Source of the DNA: Mobula hypostoma
Taxonomy: Eukaryota
Reading direction: 5' to 3'
Length of the DNA stretch: 64,000 nt
Assembly: GCF_963921235.1 (NCBI RefSeq)
Contig: NC_086097.1
Location: 42,348,001-42,412,000 of the forward strand
Shown here: positions 37,955 to 49,619 of the stretch, in pieces
Position numbering within the stretch: position 1 is the stretch's first letter
Layout: every line of letters begins with the position of its first letter
The notes under the pieces: model-generated
Told to the model about the DNA's origin: nothing
The model's database searches: none
Seen by the model: only the letters and a program-made list of their open reading frames with translations
Program-made: the position numbers and the translations under genes

Positions 37955-39370
37955 ACTCTGGCCCTTTCGAGTCTTCGAGGTGCCAATGTCAACAGCGGAG
38001 GCTCCAGTGAAGACCATCAGTCAGTTTCTGCGGAGGTGGTTGGGGCTCCCCCTCCCCCAGACCTTAAGTAGCATTGCCCTGTATGGGCATTCCAGCAAGC
38101 TGCAGCTCCCCATCAGCGGCCTATCAGAGGAATTCAAAGTCACTCGAGCCAGGGAGGTCATGATGTACTGAGACTCCTCTGACGTTAAAGTCGCTTCGGC
38201 AGGAATCTGCGTAAAGACCGGAAGGAAGTGTCAGGCACAGGAAGCTGTCGACAGAGCGGAGGCACGGCTGTGGCACAACATTTTGGTGGGCACTGTGGTG
38301 GTGGGGCGGGCAGGACTGGGCTGTTTTCCCAAACCATGCAACGACAAAACCCATGGGAAGGAGAAGCGTCAACTGGTTCAGAACAAGATACGAGCAGAAG
38401 TGGAGGAAGAACGATACAGCAAGATGGCCGGCGTGTACAAACAAGGCGCCTGGACTAGATGGGAGCATGCGGAACCTCGCAAGCTCACCTGGACGGAGCT
38501 CTGGAGAGCCGAACCACTGCACATCAAGTTTCTTATTCAATCAGTCTATGATGTTCTCCCAAGCCCGGCCAACCTGCACAGGCAGAGCATGGCAAACACT
38601 CCAGCATGCCAACTGTGCCAGAAGAGGGGCACCTTGGAGCATATCCTAAGTTGCTGCCCGAAGGTGTTGGGGGAAGGGTGATACCATTGGTCCATGACCA
38701 AGTCCTAAGGTCTATGGCGGACGCAATCAGCACAGCAATTCAAGACAGCAAAAATCAGCATGCTCCCAAACAGTCCATCACCTTTATTAGAGCAGGGGAG
38801 AAGGCTCAATATCGGCCTAGCTCCTCGGGAGGGCTTCTTGCCACCTCATGAGACTGGCAGCTCCAAGTCAACCTAGGGAGGCAGCTCAAGTTCCCAGCCA
38901 CTTCGCTCCACCTGGACATGGTGTTAATATCGGAGTCTACAAAGCAAGTGGTCCTGCTGGGACTTGCTGTCCCCTGGGAAGATCGGATTGAAGAGGCCAA
39001 CGAGCGCAAGTGGGCTAAATACACAGATCTGGACCAATGGCTGGAGAGCTTGCTGTGAGCCAGTCAAAGTTGGGTGCCAGGGCTTTGCTGGCCATTCATT
39101 ACAGCAGACTCTAAAACTCCTTGCAGTTAAAGAACTGCAGTGCAGAAGAACCACCAAGAACATTCTGGAGGCTGCTGAAAAGGCCTCACAGTGGCTGTGG
39201 ATCTGGAGGGGGATCCGTGGATTAGTACGCCACTTGGACACAAGTTGGGGGCTGATCACCCCCAGCTGGGTCACCCGGTTGAGGGTGTCTGATGATTAAA
39301 GACCCGAAACACCCTACAAACCCAGGTTCATCACTGAAGACATGTCCAAGTAGCACCAGGTATATTTTAC
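37955..39370 (+). mobile_element. HERO-like non-LTR retrotransposon (restriction-like endonuclease), 5'-truncated
   Basis: FLRRWLGLP, LQLPISGLSEEFKV, QGAWTRWE, YDVLPSPANL; CCHC finger CQLCQKRGTLEHILSCC; HDQVL; PD-(D/E)xK-like region DMVLISESTKQVVLL..VPWEDRIEEANERKWAKY. Confidence 0.85.
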
Positions 39371-39606
39371 AACTAACAACACTACCTTTTGGATCCCACT
39401 ACCTGCCTCACTCACTGTCACTCCCTTTTGTCCCTGGGCACAGACAGAATTTGAAATAGAACATAGAAATCTGACGACTTCCAGGTCATCAAGGGAATGG
39501 CGGTGTAAGGAAAAGGACTCTCGACAAAAAGGAAGGTAAACTGCCCCAAAATCGAATTTAGACAAATACTTAATATTGCATAACTATATTAATAAAAGGG
39601 GCAAGG

Positions 39607-40589
39607 ATGATGTCTAAGAACAAGATTAAAAAGTCCGCTCCGAAGGCTGATAAACAGAAAGAGACGCAGCAAGGCGACAGGCCTAGCTCCCCCACGGCAA
39701 GCCAGGACGGAGATAATGAGGGGGAATCGGTGACTCTGTCTTTGATTCTCGGAGAGATTCGCGAGTTCCGACAAGATAACAGCAAACAGCTGGAGGATAT
39801 TAAAGGAGAAATAGTAAAAACTAACTCGAGGATAGATGAAGCCGAAGCGAGGATTGTTGGAATTGAAGAGAAGCTACAAAACGCCGTGGAAGTGATAGCA
39901 GAAATGCTGAAGCTGCAAGACCAGCTCCAGTGGAAGCTCATAGATCAAGAAGGCCGCTCAAGAAGGGAAAATGTGAGGATTTACGGAGTTCCCGAAGGAA
40001 CTGAAGGTAAACCCGGATTGATGATTCCCTTCGTGGAGAAGCTGCTTAGAGAGAACCTTGATATACCGGCCGCAAAAGACCTACAGATAGAAAGGGGTCA
40101 CCGCGCGTTGGCACCACAGCCCCCGGCAGGTGCCCAGCCCAGATCGATTCTAGTCAGATTTCTCAGTTACAGAACGAAGAGGTGCTTAAACGGGCATGGC
40201 AAAATAAAGGTTTCATGTGGAACAACTGTAAAATCAGTTTAGACCACGACTACGCACCGGGGATTCTTGCCAGGCGGAAGGAATATACGGAAACACGGAG
40301 AGTCCTGAAGGAAAACAACATCAGATTTCAGACCCTGTATCCAGCTCTGCTGAGAGTCTTTTACAACGAAGGGACAAAAACTTACGCTACGGTGGAGGAG
40401 GCAACGTCGGACCTGACGGACCGGGGACTACCTATTAAAGTTATCACCCAACCGGAGTCGCTACTGGAGAGGATTCGGCAGAAGTCGTGGCAGTTAGTGG
40501 GGCGAGGACGTTCCACTCGAACCAGAGTGTCAAACTACAAGGAAAAGCTGCAAATATTCAGACGCGAATGTACAGAGAATACAGACTAA
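39607..40589 (+). pseudogene. L1 ORF1p (coiled coil, RRM, CTD), one frameshift near 40180
   Basis: LIDQEGRSRRENVRIYGVPEG, IERGHR, PRSILVRF, DHDYAPGILARRKEY, FQTLYPALLRV. Confidence 0.88.
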
Positions 40590-40954
40590 TTAAGAGAAAT
40601 GACTGAAAAGAGTAAATTGGACTTAAAAGGTAAAATGAAAGCTGGTATCTGAAAATAAACTAGGCAGAATAACTTGAATGATAGCAATATGGTCGAGACA
40701 TAAATAGGAGAAAATTCTCTATGATTATTCAAACTGCTGAGGGCCCTCTAACACAGGGTGAAGATAGAGGTTATCCCTCTGAACTGAGGCGGGTCGGTGC
40801 TCAGGCCTCACTGTGGGAAGTCGGGAAAAATTTTCAAATGTTACACGTTCAAAAATGTCTAGGGTATGGTTATATGTTTACTGTTGGTTTACTGTTGAGA
40901 AGGGATTGCTTACTGTTTGGTTAGAAAAGGAGAGTTTTTTTCTACTAGAGAAAA

Positions 40955-42133
40955 ATGCAAACTGAATTGGTAAAAATAATTTCCTATAATGTTAATGGGG
41001 TTTTGAATCCAATTAAAAGAAATAAGATTATGTCTAAATTGAAAAAAGAGAGGGCACAAATAGCTTTCCTCCAGGAAACACATATGAGCCAATCTGAACA
41101 TGGAAAATTAAGAATGGGCTTTAAGCATGTATTTTATTCATCATATAAATTGAGTTACAAAAGAGGGGTAGCTACTTTAATATCAAGTACTCTTAATTAT
41201 GAACATATTTCAGAGACTAAAGACAAAGATGGACGGTTTGTAAAAATTACAGGAAGAATAGAAGATACAGAAATAACATTGCTGAATGTTTATGCTCCTC
41301 CAGGTAGTGAATGGTCATTTTATAGACACATTTTTGACCTAATGGTCAGTTCTCAAGGGGTAGTAATTTGTGGAGGGGATTTTAATATTAGATTAAATCC
41401 TGTATTAGATTCTTCAAGAATAGTTACTCAGAATAAACCTCTGACTCGGAAAATGAATTTATTGATGGAGGAGTTGGAATTATAGATGTGTGGAGGGAAT
41501 TACACCCCACTAGTAAAGATTATACACATTACTCTTTCCCTCATTCAGCCTATTCTAGGATAGACTATTTCTTTATCTTTAATACAGATAGACTCAGGAT
41601 AAAAAACTGTAATATTGCAACAATTGATCTGTCGGATCATAGCCCAGTCTCTATGTCTCTAATCCTGGAAAGGAAAATGAGGAAAACACTATGGAGGCTA
41701 AACTCACATATACTCAATAACCCAAAAGTAATGGAGAGATTAAGGGGAGAAATCAAAGAATATCTAGACCTTAATGACACGGGAGGAACATCACCAGTGA
41801 TCTTATGGGATACATTGAAAGCTGTACTGAGAGGGAAAATTATTTCCATTACCACTCACATGAAAAAAATCAATGCACAAAAATTAGCAGACTTTCAAGG
41901 AAAATTAAAACAACTTCAAGTTGTAGATAGCAACAAAAGTAATTCAAATCTAAAACAGGAAATTAGGAAACTGCAAAGTGAAATTGACGATATTTATACA
42001 TTGGAAACTCAAAGAAATTTTCTTGACCTGAGACTCAAGAATTATGAAGTAGGAGGTAAATCAGCTAGATTATTAGCATATAAATTACGAAAACAACAAG
42101 CAGAAAATACCATTCATAAAATAAAGAATCCAA
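40955..42133 (+). pseudogene. L1 ORF2p APE endonuclease and linker; no RT
   Basis: ISYNVNG, FLQETH, NVYAP, GGDFN, YSRIDYFF, SDHSPV, WRLNSHIL, WDTLKAVLRG; frameshift near 41485. Confidence 0.9.
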
Positions 42134-43628
42134 AGAACATAGAAATCTACTGCACATCACAGGCCCTTCAGCCCATAATGTTGTGCCGACCATGTAACCT
42201 ACTCTAGAAACTGCCCAGAATTTCCCTCTATTTTTCTAAGCTCCATGTACCTATCTAAGAGACTCTTAAAAGACCCTATTGTATCCACCTCTACCACCTT
42301 CGCTGGCAGTGCATTCCACGCACCCACCACTCTCTGACATCCCTCTTGTACTTACTTCCAAGCACCTTAAAACCATGCCCCCTCGTGTTGGCCATTTCAA
42401 CCCTGGGAAAAAGCCTCTGGCTATCCACACAATCAATTCCTCTCATCATTTAATCTAAATCTTAATCTAATGGGTGTGACTGCCTCCTGAAAGTGTCCAG
42501 GTAACTCTTCCCCTCCCTGATGTATTACAGTGTTTGAAACTCAGATTCCAGGTCATCAGTTTTGAGCCTGAGTTCCTCGAGCAACCAACTCTTGCTGCAG
42601 ACGTGGTTATCAGAAACAACTGTGGGGTCCGCCAGCTCTCACATCATTTGGCTGCAACACATCACCTGATCCTGCATCCATACCTGATTAACCCGCTTAC
42701 ATGTCCCTTTCTGCTATTCACCTGTGGTTACTTGCTGAAACCTCTAGAGCCAAAGCCTCAAACTTCAGACTCCTAAACAATTTTAGCACACAACATAATC
42801 AAATTCTTTGAGTCATACTGTATCATTGCTTTCTTCCAGTTGCAGACATATATGATCCATATCAATAAAATTGACTGTGTTATTTTATTTCCAGTTACCA
42901 GACATATCTTACAATAAGAAATTGATACTGTGCAGAATTTTCACCATTTAAAATGCCCAAGCAAGGTTGTCAGTCTGAAATTTGAGTTCTATTTTTCCTC
43001 TCCATCAGTACTGCCTGCCCTACTGAATATTTTCAATTTTTTTTGGTTTTATCTCAAATTTTTATTAATTATTTCTGACTTGCACATAGCTTCTACCAGA
43101 GGTGCATCAGTGTTCACCATGTCGATAAAACTGAGACAAAAAAAATTAACCTCGTATTCACCCATTTGATTTGTTGTTTGATGTTTAGTAGTCACTCATT
43201 ATAGAGCTGCTTCCTGAGCAATCAACAAATAAATTCTATTGAAACCTGAGTATTTGTATTTCTGTAATATTCTTTAGGTCTGAGGTAATCTGTCCTTTGA
43301 AGCACCTTCAATTACTCCAAAAGACTGAGGTTTGGTAAAATACTGAAAGGCTTTTATTCGCTGTACAATACGACCTCCACAGTGAGTGTCTGCCCCCGGA
43401 CTGAGGGGGAGGGGCAAGGCGAACACCTTTATACAGGACTCTGTGGGAGGAGCCACAGGGGCAGTCAGCAGAGGAGTGTGTCCAGACAGGTAACCGAGTT
43501 ACAACATATATACATGGTTTACCACATTCACCCCTCCTTTTTTTAAAAAGAGTCCCACGGGGTGAAGTGACTGACAATATTTACAAGAAGTATATTTACA
43601 GGTTAAGTCTATCAGGCGGTCGAGTCCG

Positions 43629-45056
43629 TCACTGTGACCTACGTAGCACCGGTGGTGATTGCACCGGCGATGGCGGTTGTGCTGGCTCCGGCCTGACTTC
43701 AGGTGCCAGCACGTTAGGCGTCGGTAATCCCTCGTGCGTGTGCGTCGCGCCCGATATGGGAGTGTTGTGTGGTGTCTGTATAGAGTTTGGAGTGCACGGT
43801 GTCTCGTAGGTACATACATTGGTGGGTACGGGGTCAATAGTCACCACGGAGTGTTCAGGGTAGGGGCCCGGAGCTCCTGCGGGCGCCAGGTCGCGGATGG
43901 AGACCGTGTCCTCCCGCCCATCAGGTAAAACCACGTAGGCATACTGGGGGTTCGCATGAAGTAAGTGAACCCTCTCGACTATCGGGGAGTATTTATTGCT
44001 CCTCGCATGTTTCCGGAGGAGCACTGACCCCGGGGATGTCAGCCAAGATGGTAGGGTGGTCCCAGTGGTCGATTTTCTGGGAAAAGAAAAGAGCCACTCA
44101 TGAGGGGTGGCATTGGTGGCTGTGCATAACAGGGAGCGGATGGAGTGGAGTGCCTCGGGAAGGACCTCCTGCCAGCGGGAGACCGGCAGTCCCTTTGACC
44201 TGAGGGCTAAGAGTGTGGCTTTCCACACTGCGCCATTCTCCTTCTCTACCTGTCCATTCCCCTGGAGATTATAGCTCCTGGTCCTATTGGTTGCAATTCC
44301 CCTAGCCAGTAGATATTGGCACAGCTCGTCACTCATAAACGAGGACCCTCTGTCACTGTGGATATAGCATGGGTATCCGAACAGAGTGAAGAGCTTGCGC
44401 AGGGCTTTTATAACTGACATGGTAGTGGTGTCGGGGCAGGGGCTGGCGAAGGGGAACCGCGAGTACTCGTCGATAACGTTAAGAAAGTACACATTGCGGT
44501 CGGTGGAGGGAAGGGGGCCCTTAAAGTCAACACTCAGTCGCTCAAAGGGGCGGGTGGCCTTGATGAGTGGTGCCTTTTCGGGTCGGTAGAAGTGCGGTTT
44601 GCACCCTGCGCAGACTTGGCAGTCCCTGGTCATCATCCTGATCTCCTCAAGGGAGTAAGGCAGGTTCCGGGCTTTCACGAAGTGGAAAAGCCAGGTGACT
44701 CCCGGGTGGCAAAGGTCTACATGTAGGGCGTATAGCCAGTCGATCTGCACGTTGGCGCATGTTCCCCGGGATAGGGCGTCGGAGGGCTCGTTGAGCTTCC
44801 CAGGCCTGTACATGATGTCATAGTTGTAGGTGGAGAGTTCGATTCTCCACCTCAGAATTTTATCATTTTTGATTTTGCTCCGCTGCTGATTATTAAACAT
44901 GAATGCGACTGAGCGCTGGTCAGTTAGCAGGGTGAACCTTTTGCCGGCAAGATAGTGCCTCCAGTGCCTTATAGCTTCCACTATGGCCTGGGCCTCTTTC
45001 TCTACTGCAGAGTGCCGAATTTCAGGGCCTTGAAGGGTACGGGAGAAGAACGCCAC
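43629..45056 (-). pseudogene. Gypsy RNase H and integrase (HHCC, DDE)
   Basis: EKEAQAIV, FTLLTDQRS, H..LCHPG...CQVC, SVDFKGP, IHSDRGSSF, GNGQVEKEN. Confidence 0.92.
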
Positions 45057-45059
45057 TGG

Positions 45060-45989
45060 TCATCCCGCCTGGTTGAGGGTAGCAGCCAGCGCAAAGTCGG
45101 AGGCGTCACTCTCTACTTGGAAGGGAATGGCCTCATCCACCGCATGCATTGCTGCTTGGCAATGTCCCCTTTTATGCGGTTGAAGGCCGTGTGGGCCTCG
45201 GCAGAGAGGGGGAATGTGGTGGACTTGACCGGGGGCGGGCCTTGTCTGCATAGTTAGAGACCCGTTGGGCGTAATATGAAAAGAAGCCCAGGCACCTTTT
45301 GAGGGCTCTGAGGGTATTGGGAAGAGGGAGTTCCAACAAGGGGCGCATACGGTCGGGGTCAGGGCCAATGACTCCATTCTCCATGACACACCCAAGGACA
45401 GCAAGTCGGGTGGTCCCAAATACACACTTGTCCTTGTTATAGGTGAGGTTGAAAGATATGCCGCTTGGAGAAATTTTTGGAGGTTGTTGTCGTGATCCTG
45501 CTAGTCGTGACCGCAGATGGTGATGTTATCCAGATATGGGAACGTGGCCTTCAGTTGGCACTGGTCCACCATCCGGTCCATTGCCCTCTGGAAGACAAAT
45601 ACACCATTCGTGACACCAAAGGGGACGCACAGGAATTGATAAAGCCTGCCGTCCGCCTCGAAGGCAGTGTAAGGGCGGTCCTCCCGGTGGATGGGGAGCT
45701 GATGGTAAGCGGATTTTAGGTCTATGGTCGAGTACACCTTGTACTGTGCTATCTGATTGACCATATCCGCGATGCGGGATGGAGGGTACGCGTCGAGCTG
45801 CGTGAACCTATTGATGGTCTGGCTATAGTCCACGACCATCCTATTCTTCTCCCCGTTCCGAACAACCACCACCTGGGCCCTCCAAGGACTTGTGCTTGCC
45901 TCAATGACCCCCTCCCTGAGCAGCCGCTGCACCTCCGACTTAATGAAGGCTCTGTCCCCCGCGCTGTACCTCCTGCTTTTAGTTGCCAC
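45060..45989 (-). pseudogene. Gypsy reverse transcriptase and start of RNase H
   Basis: SPWRAQVVVV, RMVVDY, IDLKSAYHQL, TAFEADGRLYQF, PFGVTNG, YLDN, VESDASDFALAATLNQ. Confidence 0.9.
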
Positions 45990-46150
45990 AGGTTTACAGT
46001 TGGGGGTCAGGTTGGCGAACAGCGGTGGGGGAGGGATCTTGAGGGTGGACAGGCCGCAAGTGGTGTCGGTAGTGTGGCAGTTGGCATGATGTTGGGTGGG
46101 ATGCGCGGGTCGGTGTGTGTGTGGTCAGTAGCGGGGTACGTGACATATCT

Positions 46151-47485
46151 CTACAAAACAGGGGATTTATGACAGTAATTGGCGGGAGGGGCCCCCCCAT
46201 CATACTTCATTGTCACGCTTTTCAGGTGGCTCTGGAAGTCGAGCCCCAATAGCACAGGGGCACACAGTTGAGGCAAGACCAGAAATGTAAAGTCCCGATA
46301 TTCTATGCCCTGCACCACTAATGTCGCTACACAACCCCCCCGGATGTCTGTTGTATGCGACCTGGAGGCCATGGTGACCCTCCAACTTACCGGCTGTATC
46401 ATGAGTCCACAATGCTGCACCGTGGCCGGGTGGATAAAACTCTCCGTGCTGCCTGTGTCAAACAGGCAGTTTGTCCTGTGCCCCTCCACCAGGATGTCCA
46501 TCATTGACCTTGCGAGCTGGTGGGGAGCGCTTTGGTCGAGGGTCACAGAAGCCAGGGTGGGGTCGCTGTCTTGGTCCGGCGTGGTGGGGTGCCCCATGAG
46601 CACCCGTTGGTCGTAGGCGGTAGGAGGTGGCGCTGACCAAAATGGCGGCCCCCATGTCTCGCACGTGGTGGCAGTGTGCAGGGAAGATGGCGGCAGGCAA
46701 GATGGCGACCCCCACGTCCCGCACGCGGCGCTGCTCGATCCCGCTCGCGGTTTTGACTTACAGACCTTGGCGAAGTGGCCCTTCTTTCCGCAGCTGGACC
46801 AGGTAGCTTGTCGAGCCGGGCGGCGTTTCCGGGGGTGCTTCTCCAGTCCGCAGAAGTAGCACTTCGCGGACTCACGACTGGCTGCAGCCAAGGTCAATTC
46901 GCCGGCGGGTTGCGGGGTCTGCGGCACCCACGAGGCCATCGGGGGATCGTGTGCCTGGAGAGCCTCAGAGTTATGCAGAGCGGCCTCCAACGTATCAGCC
47001 AGCTCCATCGCCGAACTTGGGGTAAGATAGGCTTTTTCCAACAGCCGCTGGCACACATACACTGACCTGGCCCCCGTGACGAAGGCGCCTCTCACTAGGA
47101 GTTCTGCATGCTGCGCCGCCGTCAGCTCCTGGCAATTTCAGGCCCGCGCGAGTGTCTGTAGGGCCCAGACAAACTCAGCACTCGATTCCCCGGGGCGTTG
47201 TTGCCGTGTCGCTAAACGGTGCCGAGCATAGGCGCTGTTTATCGGCCGCAGGTATTGTCTTTTGAGTGCGTTCATTGCGCCATCATAGTTCGGCTGGCCT
47301 CTGATCAGCGAATAGACCTGTGGACTGACCCTGGAGAGTAGAACTCTGCACTTCGCTACGGGGTCGGTCGCTTTAATCTCCTCTAGATACGCTTCGAAGC
47401 AGGCCAGCCAGAGTTCGAAAGCGTTTCCAGCTTCAGGTGTTTGCGGATTGAGGTCTAATTTTTCTGGTCTCAGGGCCTGTTCCAT
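46151..47485 (-). pseudogene. Gypsy gag (tandem zinc knuckles) and aspartic protease
   Basis: ATG at 47485; RQQRPGES; CYFCGLEKH...CGKKGHFAKVC; LFDTGST; VLLGLDF. Confidence 0.9.
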
Positions 47486-47808
47486 GTTTTAAAACGTACA
47501 GCGAATAAAATGAAGCACCTTCAATTACTACAAAAGACTGAGGTTTGGTAAAATACTGAAAGGCTTTTATTCGCTGTACAATACGACCTCCACAGTGAGT
47601 GTCTGCCCCCGGACTGAGGGGGAGGGGCAAGGCGAACACCTTTATACAAGATTCTGTGGGAGGAGCCACAGGGGCAGTAGGCAGAGGTGTGTGTCCAGAC
47701 AGGTAACCGAGTTACAACATATATACATGGTTTACCACATCCTCCAAACTAACAAGTGGAATCTGTTCCTCGAGATGCCTCTCGATAAGCAGTCATATGG
47801 TTCCGATG

Positions 47809-47877
47809 GAAATGCAGGAAATGCGCAGTCAGATGCTCTTTCAGATTTGGTGTCTGACTGCGCACTTCCCGCATTTC
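47809..47877. repeat. Isolated 28-bp-arm inverted repeat (hairpin)
   Basis: GAAATGCAGGAAATGCGCAGTCAGATGC and GTGTCTGACTGCGCACTTCCCGCATTTC around a 13-nt loop. Confidence 0.8.
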
Positions 47878-49619
47878 TGACCTTCTTTTACTAATTGTTA
47901 AGTTTAAGATATATTCATGTATATGGTATAGTTAGCAAGCATTGTGTCCTTAAGAGCATACTACATAAAGGTGTACAATATCCCAATCGAGCGATAATGA
48001 CTGAAAATAGACTATACCCATCCAAGGTGTTTAGCGAGTAAATCTCTTAACTGAATTCAGGGACAAAGACTGTGAAGTAACGGTGCTTCAGTAAAGGTGC
48101 CCTAACTGACACATGCTATCAATTCCAGCTGTCTCTACACCAGTGCAGGGTGAGGATTGAATTGCAAGAGGTTGCCAAAATCAACAGCCCCATGAAGTTT
48201 GTGTCATAGAGTTGTAGAGCCATACAACACAGACACAGGCCCTAAGGCCTAAATTTTGCATGCCAACCAAGATGCCCATCTGAGGTAGTCCTCAGCCTAT
48301 GGTTAACCCATGTCACTCTAGGCCTTACCTGTCCAAAAGCCTTTTAAATGCTGTTATTGTACCTGCTTCAACCACTTCTCTTTGCATTTCATTCCAGAAT
48401 TTATTTATTTAGAAATACAGCACAGTAACAGGCCCTTCTAGGCCAACGAGTCCGCACTGCCCAATTACGTCCATGTGACTAATCAACCTACTACCCCATA
48501 CATCTTTAGAATGCGGGAGGAAACTGGAACACCCAGAGGAAACCCACACGGTTGCAGTGAGAATGTACAAACTCTGTACAGACATCAGTGGTAATAGTTT
48601 GCTCTTTGTATGAGAAAGCTGTGCCTCAGGATCCAATTAAATCTTTCCAGTCTCTCATTGAACCTGTGCCTTCCAGTTTTTGGTTCCCTAGTTCTGGGGG
48701 CAAAGAGTGTGTGAATTAATCCTATCTGTAGCCTTCATTATTTTATACATCTCCATCAGATCACTGCTTTCTCATATGCTCCAAGGAATAATGTTCTAGC
48801 CTGCCCAACCTCTCCGTGTATCTCAACCCCTCAAGCCTGGCAACACCTTTGCAAATCTTTTCTACTTTTTTTTTTCCAGCTTAATAACAGAGTTTCCAAA
48901 TCTGAACACAATACTCCAAATGCAGACTCACCAATGGCTGTGTACAATGACAGCATAATATCTCCATCGTTATATCAATGGCCTGATTAATGAAGACCAG
49001 CATGCCAGGGGACTATGGACTTACATTCCTAGGTCCTTCCATTCTACAACACTCTCCAGGGCCCTACCATTCATTGTGAAAGTCCAACTCTCCTTTGACT
49101 TCCCAAAATGCAACACCTTGCACTTAACCATTCCTCAGACTACTTATCCAACTGATCAAGATCCCACTGTAATTCTTGATAACCCAGCAGCATAATGGTG
49201 AACGTCACACTATTACTGAGCCAAGAACCTGAGTTCAGTTCCGCCACTGTCTGGAAGGGGTTTGTACGTTCTCCCCGTGACCATGTGGGGTTTCCTCAGG
49301 TGTTCAAGTTTCCTCCTGCATTCAAAAGCCACACTGGTTAGTAGGTTAATTGGTCACATGGGTGGAATTGGATGGCGTGGGCTCGTTGGGTTCAAGGGGC
49401 CTGTTACTGTGCTCTCTAAGTGGTAAAGAAAACTGCACACTGATTCAACTTAAAGATTTCTGTAAATTCTCCCATGTCGTCATTTGCGGCAGCAGAAGAG
49501 AGTTGCTAATGCTTTCCATTCATTCCTTTTGTTTTGGCCAAAAAGAACTAAGAAAACCCCTGACTTTCAAACTTCAAAGAAAATTTACTATCAAGGTACA
49601 TACATGTGCTTTCCCAGTG

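Larger units (their letters stand above)
39473..42133 (+). mobile_element. L1-clade LINE with intact 5' end, 3'-truncated
   Basis: 5' UTR, ORF1, spacer and ORF2 endonuclease; flanked by AGAACATAGAAATCT at 39458-39472 and 42134-42148. Confidence 0.9.
31017..42780 (-). mobile_element. Near full-length old CR1 LINE broken by multiple nested insertions
   Basis: Collinear pieces: 3' tail ~31017; RT 31020-31785, 33700-33895 and from 35609; endonuclease region ~36600-37130; ORF1 SGNH esterase (VGTNDVGRKS, 37535..37756); further pieces at 39370-39455 and 42451-42780. Confidence 0.8.
43298..47739 (-). mobile_element. Young full-length Gypsy (Mag-like) LTR retrotransposon, 4442 bp, with a few frameshifts and stops
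   Basis: 229-bp LTRs at 47511-47739 (5') and 43298-43526 (3') with TG...CA ends and ~6 differences by eye; polypurine tract 43527-43544; flanks TCCTT/TCCTC; domain order gag-PR-RT-RH-IN. Confidence 0.95.
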
